Source of the DNA: Macrostomum lignano
Lineage: Eukaryota
Reading direction: 5' to 3'
Assembly: GCA_002269645.1 (NCBI GenBank)
Contig: NIVC01000276.1
Coordinates: 124,001 to 188,000, forward strand
Length of the DNA: 64,000 bases
Below the pieces are notes generated by a model, which saw only the letters and a list, made by a program, of their open reading frames with translations, searched no databases and was not told the DNA's origin. Made by a program: the position numbers and the translations under genes. Positions 47,001 to 57,600 of this stretch are shown piece by piece. Numbering within the stretch: the first letter of the stretch is position 1; each line of letters starts with the position of its first letter.

Positions 47001-50000
47001 GACCCATTCGAAACAATTTTTGTCAAACTGCATTGCTTCAGTTCACCCAGCTGTAAATACCAGCATTAGCTGGGGTAATTGAGGGTGTGCGTGGCGACTC
47101 CCCAGTCCTTAAACTGAACAGCCTTCAGATGTGCCGCCCAATAGCTGCGGCTGAGCTGTCGGTTTCCCATCTCCCCATTCCATTAGAGCAGGTGTAATCA
47201 GTTAAGTTATTGTTATTATCTGGGGTAGGGTTTTGTGGGGTAGGTTTTGTGGGGTGGGGTTGTTGGGGTAGGTTTTGTGGGGTAGGTTTTGTGGGGTGGG
47301 GTTGGTGGGGTAGGGTTTGGGGGTTGGGGTTTGTGGGGTAGGGTTGGTGGGTAGGGTTGGTGGGGTAGGGTTGGTGGGGTAGGGTTTGGGGGTTGGGGTT
47401 TGTGGGGTAGGGTTGGTGGGGTAGGGTTGGTGGGGTAGGGTTGGTGGGGTAGGGTTGGTGGGGTAGGGTTTGGGGGTTGGGGTTTGTGGGGTAGGGTTGG
47501 TGGGGTAGGGTTGGTGGGGTAGGGTTGGTGGGGTAGGGTTGGTGGGGTAGGGTTGGTGGGTAGGGTTGGTGGGGTAGGGTTGGTGGGGTGGGGTTTGTGG
47601 GATAGGATTGGTGGGGTAGGGTTTGGGGGTGGGGTTTGTGGGTAGGGTTGGTGGGGTAGGGTTTGGGGGTGGGGTTTGTGGGGCATTATGGCTCCATTAT
47701 GGATGTGGTTGGGGTTTATGTTAAAAATTTTAATGCGATGATAAAGTTGATTTTTTGTTTTACGTAATGTCTACAAATGTTTATTGGCTGGACCAGTTGG
47801 CAATCATTTTAAATATTACTCTTAGTAACACGCATTGATTATCATAACATGAAATATTGTTTTAAAGAGTAGATACAAAACGAAACAGAAAAGAGAGTTT
47901 AGACACCCATGCCAACAACTGCATGCTGGATAAAGCCGGCCTGTGTTGCTTTTACTAATGTACTTTTCGGCTCCCTACATTTCCGCACTCTACGTATTTT
48001 GTGCTGCTAGACTTTAATTTGGCACCTTTAAACGTATTTGTAATTTTATTCACTTAAAAAAAGATTTTTCGTCCTGAAAATTAAAATGCTTTGATAGAGT
48101 GATAGTTGATAGCTGTTTAAATTTATGTGCTTCTTATTTTTAGTAGATTACTATTGAATTCAACGCAATTTTTTAAAGCTTTGCTCCAATCTTTTCTCCC
48201 ACTACACTCAACAATATCTGCTGGCACGCGTTCCTTCAGTTTTCTTACAGCTGACATGCCTAGACTGTGCATTAATGCCGTCTTTATGCCAACTAACACT
48301 CGCTTTTTTAGGCTCGGAGAAGCTGGATAAACCCAAAGGTTGGTACAGCACTCCGCTCTGTGCTCCACCGATCCGAGTTGTCTGCACCAACTTGCCTTAT
48401 TTGGCAGTTTTTTATGTCCCCTTTGTAGGCTGTTTTATATGAGCATCTTGAAAACCAATAGTCTGGCGTGCTGTGTGTTCCGGGCTGCATTCAGCTAGTA
48501 AAACTAATTCTATTTGCACTAGTCTTTATGATCCTGCTTAGTTTAATGATAAATTTTAAGTAACAAGTATCATTCCTCTTTTTTTAATCTTAAGATAATT
48601 AACTGCGAGACAATAACAATTTATCATGTCACAAACTGGGTGGTCTTCGTCTGGGTTAGATGTACATGTTTCTCTACCTCCCCTCTCCTCGCTTTGTGCT
48701 GATTTTCTACCCTTATCAGTTATCACTCCCCCTGGGGGGTCCAATGTACACTATTGTCTAAACCCAACCCCCACGTCACGTGCCCTTAGCCTTCTCTCTT
48801 CGTGGGTCGTTCCTTTCCATGCTCGTTCTAACTTCGTGTGTTATTATTCCCAGTCTCAACAACAGAGCATTGCAACGGACTAGATAGGCATTCCACTAAC
48901 ACGTACGAGTACTAAAGAAAAAAACACTGGTCTACTCTGAAGTCTGAATCGGTCCTGCACTCCTGTAGTGATCCTAGAATATTCTAGAATAAATGTAGAA
49001 CAAACTGCTTCCCTATATTTTTATCGATGCATATAGGCTTCGGGAAACAGATGCTGTCGTTTGCTTCCTTTAGTTTATTAGAAAAATTTATTCTTTGTTA
49101 TATTAATTAATTTGGCAGACGCCTCCGATGGCAAGACAACAACCCTCCCTTGTACCCTGTGGATGTGGAGTGTGGACCCGCACTAGATCGTGGGTCCATG
49201 GTTAATTTTCTTTTAGTTGGAACTTGGAATCCCTTATCTAGTCTGCGCCCCTTGAGTGATTTAAGGTCTGTTTATCTATTTTAGCCAGTGCTACACCACC
49301 GAATGTACCATCTACCATGTTATCTCTCTCCAGCTTCTATCCAGCCCTGAATTGATTTATAGAAGCCGCTCCCCTGGCTCAACATTTTATAATAAAATAG
49401 TGGGGTGGGAATCATTAAATTCTGGTGCCTGAATAAAAGCATGTAAGAAATAAATAGGACTTCTTGAAACCTCGTTTCTTAATACATTTTTTTCTTAATA
49501 CAAAATATTTTCTTACAAACCAGGTCTTCCATCCTTTAGATTAAGTTGGCCTTGTAATGATTGACTTCAAGTGTATTCTGCAGTCTGTGGAGTCTCCCTC
49601 TTTCTCTCTGTCCTATGATGAATATAACAAAACATTAAATGAACACTGTAACACCTTTGTTTATTTAGAGACTAAAATAACTAACTTTCTTTACCTTTTT
49701 TCTTTACTTAGCAAACGCAATGTATTTTATTCATATCATTGATAATACGTTACCGTGATTTAGTTTGTTAAATTAACAATGCAATGTCAGAGACATATTG
49801 CATGCATCTTCATTTCTTCTGGTCCTCTTAATTTGAGATTTTCTTTACTACTTTAGCCGGTAGTATGTATGTGCATTGTGCATTGCATTATGTTGAATAG
49901 ATCAGATGAAGAGTCGTGTTGTGCGACTAGCACAGAATCCCGAGCTATTTTGAACTGGCTTTAGTGTCTGTATTATTTAGCTGTTTTTTTTCGAAACGAT

Positions 50001-53000
50001 GTATGTAATATTATTTTAGAGTAGAATTCTACTTAAATTGCTGTTGGATTTGACCAGAATCAAATTGTTTTACGTCCAACGTGTGCTACTGCTCGTATAG
50101 CTTGCAAGTAGTAGTGTCTGCACATGCACATCTCCGCAACGACAGTTAGTGCGCAGCAGATTTTGCACCAAAGCCAAAACCAAAAATTTCGCACCAAATT
50201 CGATCTGTTCCCCCACTTGCAGCCAGAACTCTGTTTGTCGGTCTGGAGTCAGGTTTGTCCCATTGGAAGGCACCTGGTTCAGGGCTCCGATCAGCATTAT
50301 CGATTGAAATTTTAGCCTATTCGCTTCCATCGAACTGTTATTTAAAGAAAATGAGTTATTGCACTCGCTTTCGGGGAGATTCTCCCGGTTACGGGTGGAG
50401 ATTTTCACTATTCCCAATAAATTGATCAAATGAACTCCTTCTCAACTATCTGAACAGTTGATTCACTTTTGCAGTGCTTTTTAATATTTATAATCAATTT
50501 ATCAAATTCATATACCGAAATCTGCAATTACGGCACACAGGTTTATTGATTAGTTCGGAAATTGAATTTCGATTTGCACTTTTGCTTTAACTCGAACTTG
50601 TCATAAAAAGTTCGATTGGGCCTGGGCGAGCGATGGTGAACGAAAGCCACGGGGCTCTGCGCTTGTAGGATTCGCTTGTTGATTTTTTAAATTTCTCATC
50701 GCTTACTGAGGTTGCCCAGTAACCGGCTTCTTCATTCATCTATCATAGAAAGCTGTGGTTGACAAAGCTGAAGAATCCAAACGTGTAACTGATTGCACAA
50801 CTGTCCTGCAGACGCCAGCACAGTGTCCATCGGCGACATCGACACCATCCAGGAGAACGAGAGCCCGACGCTGTCGCCGCTCACCGAGGCTCCCACCTTT
50901 GCTGCCGCCTCGTCTTCGAGATCTTCGAGGCCGCCTTTCTACAAGGTGCGAATTCTTTATAGCAACCAACTAGCCATAGCAACCAACTAGCCATAGCAAC
51001 CAACTAGCCATAGCAACCAACTAGCCATAGCAACCAACTAGCCATAGCAACCAACTGCCCATAGCAACCTACTGCCCATAGCAGCCTACCACCCAAAGTG
51101 ACCCATTCCCCATAGCAACCTTAGCAACTCATTCCCCATCGCAACTCATTCCCCATGGCAACTCATCCCCCATGGCAACTCATTACCCATAGCAACTAAT
51201 TTCCCATAACTGATTTGCCATAGCAAAAAATATTTTCTAGCCGATTTCTTGCATCAAATATTATAACCCCACATAACTGAATGCCCTGGCAACCCGATTG
51301 AACTCCCCGCACCCCGCTAATGCTCTATTCTTCCGCTCGCCAGCCGAGAACGAAACCGGACGCCGACGGTTCCGATTTGAAATTCGCCTCGCCGGTCACC
51401 CGGATGCGAAATCGCAACAAGTCCGGCGGCCGGCCGCTGTTCGACATTCAGGGCTCCGGCGGCAGCGGGTCCGAGGATGCCGGCCTGCACAGCCCCGGCG
51501 ACCAGGTGCTGGCCTCGGTTACCGTTGGCGACGCCGATGCCAGGGTGAGGGGCGCGCTTCGCTCCGGGTGGGGTGGGTGGGGCTTACAGTGTGGGGTGGG
51601 TGGGGCTTACAGTGTGGGGTGGGTGGGGCTTACAGTGTGGGGTGGGTGGGGCTTACAGTGTGGGGTGGGTGAGGCTGATAGTGTGGGGTGGGTGAGGCTG
51701 ATAGTGTGGGGTGGGTGGGGCTTACAGTGTGGGGTGGGTGAGGCTGATAGTGTGGGGTGGGTGAGGCTGATAGTGTGGGGTGGGTGGGGCTTACAGTGTG
51801 GGGTGGGTGGGCTTACAATGTGGGGTGGGTGGGCTTACAGTGTGGGGTGGGTGGGCTTACAGTGTGGGGTGGGTGGGGCTTACAGTGTGGGGTGGGTGAG
51901 GCTGATAGTGTGAGGTGGGTGAGGCTGATAGTGTGGGGTGGGTGGGGCTTACAGTGTGGGGTGGGTGGGGCTTATAGTGTGGGGTGGGTGGGGCTTACAG
52001 TGTGGGGTGGGTGTGGTGATAGTGTGGGGTGGGTGGGGCTGATAGTATGGGGTGGGTGGGGCTGACAGTGTTGGCTGGGTGGGTCTGATAGTGTGGGGTG
52101 GGTGGTGCTGAAAGTGTGGGTGGGTGGTGCTGAAAGTGTGGGGTGGGTGGTGCTGAAAGTGTGGGTGGGTGGGGCTGATTGTGGAGTGGGTGGGTGGTGC
52201 TGAAAGTGTGGGGTGGGTGGTGCTGAAAGTGTGGGTGGGTGGGGCTGATTGTGGAGTGGGTGGGTGGTGCTGAAAGTGTGGGGTGGGTGGTGCTGAAAGT
52301 GTGGGTGGGTGGGGCTGATAGTGTGGGGTGGGTGAGGCTGATAGTGTGGGGTGGGTGGGGCTTACAGTGTGGGGTGGGTGGGGCTTACAGTGTGGGGTGG
52401 GTGGGGCTTACAGTGTGGGGTGGGTGGGGCTGATAGTGTGGGGTGGGTGGGGCTTACAGTGTGGGGTGGGTGAGGCTGATAGTGTGGGGTGGGTGAGGCT
52501 GATAGTGTGGGGTGGGTGGGGCTTACAGTGTGGGGTGGGTGAGGCTGATAGTGTGGGGTGGGTGAGGCTTATAGTGTGGGGTGGGTGGGCTTACAGTGTG
52601 GGGTGGGTGGGCTTACAGTGTGGGGTGGGTGGGGCTTACAGTGTGGGGTGGGTGGGCTTACAATGTGGGGTGGGTGAGGCTGATAGTGTGAGGTGGGTGA
52701 GGCTGATAGTGTGGGGTGGGTGGGGCTTACAGTGTGGGGTGGGTGGGGCTTATAGTGTGGGGTGGGTGGGGCTTACAGTGTGGGGTGGGTGTGGTGATAG
52801 TGTGGGGTGGGTGGGGCTGATAGTATGGGGTGGGTGGGGCTGACAGTGTTGGCTGGGTGGGTCTGATAGTGTGGGGTGGGTGGTGCTGAAAGTGTGGGTG
52901 GGTGGTGCTGAAAGTGTGGGGTGGGTGGTGCTGAAAGTGTGGGTGGGTGGGGCTGATTGTGGAGTGGGTGGGTGGTGCTGAAAGTGTGGGGTGGGTGGTG

Positions 53001-54297
53001 CTGAAAGTGTGGGTGGGTGGGGCTGATAGTGTGGGGCATTTATTAGCTGATTTCATCTGCGCCAGCAAGCCACAGGCAGCACTCCGTCCTCCTTCCTCTG
53101 TGCCGCAGGAGCAGCTGGAGATGTCGGTGTTCTCCAACCGGCCCTCGAGTCGCACCGGCTCAATTTCGGAGACCGCCATTGGCGGCGCTGGCGGCGGCGG
53201 CAGCAGCGGTGCCGGTGCGGGCACGGAGGCCCGGCGGCCCGGTGATCCGCTGCTGTTTGTCAGCCACGGCGGCGGCGACGCGCTGACAAGCAGCGGCTTC
53301 GGCGGCGTCAGCGGCAACGGCGCGATGGCGTCTTCGGGTGGGCGCCCGCTGTCCACCAACGTGGAGCTGAAGATGCAGGAGGAGCTGCGCGCCTTCTCTG
53401 AAAGCAACGGAGGCGGCAGCAGCGGTGGCGGGCTGCCCCTGGCGCCGCCGCAGAAGCCGGAAAAGACGATCAGCTTCAGCACCGACTTGCCCGCGGTCGG
53501 CTCGATGACCAGCGGCGCCTTGGCCGCTGCTGGCGGAGGCGGCAGCGGCGGCGACTCGCCAGGCGGCTCCAGCGACAACGGCGAGGCGGGCAGTCAGCAG
53601 AGCGACGAAGGTCCCCGCCGGCTGGACCCGCGCCAGGTGAGCCTGGAGGCGCTGGCGGCCGATCCCGACTCCGGCGAGGCTGGCGGCGGCGCGGTGGGGG
53701 GCTACGGCGACGCCCGGCCGCAGTTCCGGCAGAAGAAGGCCAGGAAGACAGGGCTGAGCACCATCGAGATGCAGAAGCTCATCAGCCACCGGGAGGACAC
53801 CGGCAGGAGGTGAGTCAAGTCTGTCACAGGGTTTTGGAGACTTCCAGGGTGTTTCCGGTTCATTTTCGAGTACTTTTGCGTTGATGTTTTTTCACAGATA
53901 ACATTTCTAATTTTTCTGACAGTGGGTTGCAAGTTGACTGATTGATTGTGCATGCCTGTTTGCCTGTGACCTGATGTTTCATGGCTTTTTTACACTTAGA
54001 TCGCTGTGGCGCCAGTTTGCTCCATCTGAGAGCAAAGCTTTGCGCGAACCTTTTCTAACTTGTTTTCCATATTAAAAGCTGCTCATTCACTGAAGCCTAT
54101 TGATGAATTGGCAGTCAGTGAATCAATTGTTCATTTTCCCACACATACCTAACCAATCAATAAATCAGTCAGTCAACAATCATCAACCAGTCAATCAATC
54201 AATCAATCAGTCAACCAACCAGCCAATCAATCAATCAATCAATTAATCAATCAATCTATCTATCAATTTATCAGTCAATCAGTCAACTAGTCAGTCC

Positions 54298-54389
<92 letters not shown>

Positions 54390-54470
54390 ATCTATCTATC
54401 TATCTATCTATCTATCTATTAGTCAATCTATCAGTCAATCAATCAATCAATCAATCTATCTATCTATCAG

Positions 54471-54507
<37 letters not shown>

Positions 54508-54508
54508 T

Positions 54509-54560
<52 letters not shown>

Positions 54561-54600
54561 TATTTATCAGTCAATCAATCAGTCAATCAATCAATCAATT

Positions 54601-54632
<32 letters not shown>

Positions 54633-57600
54633 TATTTATCAGTCAATCAATCAGTCAATCAATCAATCAATCAATCAATCGGTGAATGAAGCCCCCGCTC
54701 GCTGGCCGACCAACCGACAGCTGCGAGTACGGCATCGCCGCCCTGCTCAACGGCCTGGAGATTCTCTCAGTCTGCGAAGGCGTCTCCAGCCGGAAGAGAC
54801 GCCGGAAAAGGTTCTCGAGTTCCACCAAGTCATTAATAAATTTTTATAGTTTCTCCGGAACTTTATGAGCGACAGCTATACTGAGGACTGTAGCTTGTAC
54901 CGGTTCCTTAGAGCCAGATGAACCTTTACATACTTTATAGTCTGCTTGAGTTCTATTATTGTGCAGTTAATAATACCTGATATTTAATAGTCTGCTTAAA
55001 CTTCAATGCAACTTGATGGGGTCTGACAGGGATTCTAAGCTAGACTGGTCAGATTCAGATTCAGTAGCCAGTAACGAAAAGTAGGACACATGTAGGTAAC
55101 AGGTAATATTAACCTCTGGCATTTAGTGCAGCATCTGAACTGTGGATTCGGTCTTTAAAAGGGCCATTTATCAACTGCAATCTGTCCATGGCCAGCCAAA
55201 ACCCATTATCTAGTGCAACCTCAGCTCCCAAAGTGCCAGACAGTTTTGTCAATTATTAATTTTTTGTACAACCCAGTAACCGCCGCAAGTCTTGCTTGAT
55301 TCTGCAAAAGCAAGCAACAATTTCTTCAATTTGTATTGCTCTCCTTGGTTCGCTGAACCCGACCCAGTATGTCAAGCTGCCTTTTCTGTCGGTACACAGT
55401 GTACTAAAGTGCTTTTATTATAGTTCAATTGAGATGCCGGCGCTCTTTGATGTCGCGGTTCTGAGGGGAGGCTGCATGCTTGCCTATCCACTTGTTTATA
55501 GCATTGAAGAGAACTCGCCTGCTGCACGCTGTTCCCCAGTGTCTGAATTATTACGGATTGAATTCAAATGCAAATATAAAACTTCATAGCAACCGTTGCT
55601 ATTGTGCTGCCACTAGTTTTATCTACGAACGTTGCTTAGCTGTGGTTGCTTTAGAAAATTTATGGCAACTGATGCTATAGAAAGAGCTTAGCAACGGTTG
55701 CTGCAGAAACAGCTTAGCAACTGTTGCTATAGCAACGACTCAACAACAGTTGCCATGGAACCGGCTTAGCAACGGTTGCTATAGAACAGGCTTAGCAACA
55801 GTTCCTATAGAATCGTCTTAGCAACGGTTGCTTTATAAACGGCATAGCAACGGTTGCTAAAGAAACAGCTTAGAAACGGTTGCTATAGAAACGACTTAGA
55901 AACGGTTGCTATGGGGAGGAACGTAGCAACGGTTGCTATATTGAATAGAAAAGACTTAGCAACGGTTGCTATATAACCGGCTTAGCAACGGTTGCTATAA
56001 ATATGGCCTAGCAACGGTTGCTATATAACCGGCATAGCAACGGTTGCTATAAAAACGACTTAGCAACGGTTGCTATAGAAACAACTTAGCAACGATTGCT
56101 ATATAACCGGCATAGCAACGGTTGCTATAAAAACGACTTAGCAACGGTTGCTATAGAAACAACTTAGCAACGGTTGCTATAGAAACGACTTAGAAACGGT
56201 TGCTATGGGGAGGAACGTAGCAACGGTTGCTATATAACCGGCTTAGCAACGGTTGCTGTAGAAACGACTTAGCAACGGTTGCTATATAACCTGCTTAGCA
56301 ACGGTTGCTATGGGGAGGAACGTAGCAACTGCAATGTAGAAATTGCGTCGAAAAAACTGCTATCGGAAACTGTCTAGCAACTGTTACGAAACATTTGAAT
56401 AATTTTTAATAGAAACCGTTGTTATAGAAACAGCGTGCGTCCCAAAGTGTCCCCACGTAACCTGTTCCCGCCGCCGTACGATCCCCAGGCGTCCCAGGCG
56501 GGCAGACACTCTGTCGAAGTTGCAGTCGGGCGGCAGCGCCAGCGGCGGAGCTGGCAAGAAGCCGTCATTCAAGAAGGTGATCGAGCCGTTCATGCTGAAC
56601 AGGTGCCAATTCTGTAACGCCATCATTGAGCAGTACGATGAGGACACAATCTCGCTGGCTATCGTGTGTCTGGGAGCATTCGTCCACCGCGAGCCCGTGA
56701 TGGCCGCCCCCATGCTGATGAGCATGTTCTCAGCCGTGTCCAAGATCGTACTGCACAATGCCTACTCGTGGAAGGCCAACCAGCCTAACGTGATTGCGCC
56801 GGGCAATATGAACAGCGTTGCTAAGCAGTTTCTGAGATGCTCGTTTCACCAGCTGGCGCCCAATGGCCTGTTTGTGCAGCTGTTCCAGACCAAGATTGAG
56901 TGTGAGTATCTGCTAATAACAGACTTTGCTGAGGTCTCTTAGCTCTGTCAGTGACCCTCTCTCAACCTCCTTACATTTTTAGACGAAGGCTTCTTCAAGT
57001 GCATGGTGGCCGTGCTGGTGGATTTCCAGGAAATGAACTGCTTCCGCCCGTTGGAAATGTTGCTCGAGGCGCTTAACGAGCGAAAGAGCCTGCCTCAGGT
57101 GAGAGGAGTCGCAGTTAGGAGCTAGGTATGGGCCTCTTTACTCGGTGGGTGACTTGTACGTCACCCAGAGAATACGAGGGTCAGTCAAAAAGTAATGATA
57201 ATTTTGTTGTACCGCCTAAAATATCAGAGTTATTGAACTGCAACTGGTTTCATTTGAAAAAACATCTTTTGATCTTTATTTGACAGAGTTTTGGTTCTTC
57301 TAAAGTGATCGATGCTTGCATGGTGACACTCTAATCACAGTATATCCTTTAAGCAATGGAAAATTCAAAAATCGAAGCTCGTACTAACGTGAAATTTCTT
57401 GTATAGCTTGGTTGGAAGCCAGCCGAAATCATTGACGCTTTGAAGAAGGTCTATGGGGACATTGCTCCACTAGATCCAACCATTTACTGCTGGATTCAGG
57501 CTTTTAAGGAAGGCCGAGAGTCCACGGAAGACGCCCAGCGGTCGGGAAGGCCCACAACATCGCGCACAGGGGAAAATGTGGCAGCTGTGCAGCCAGTGAT

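Noticed and set aside
46941-47010. Functional tRNA gene
   Set aside because: Anticodon and variable arms too short and acceptor stem does not pair; better read as a SINE head.
47220-47685. Interstitial telomeric repeat
   Set aside because: Unit is about 15 nt (ggggtagggttggt), with no tandem TTAGGG.
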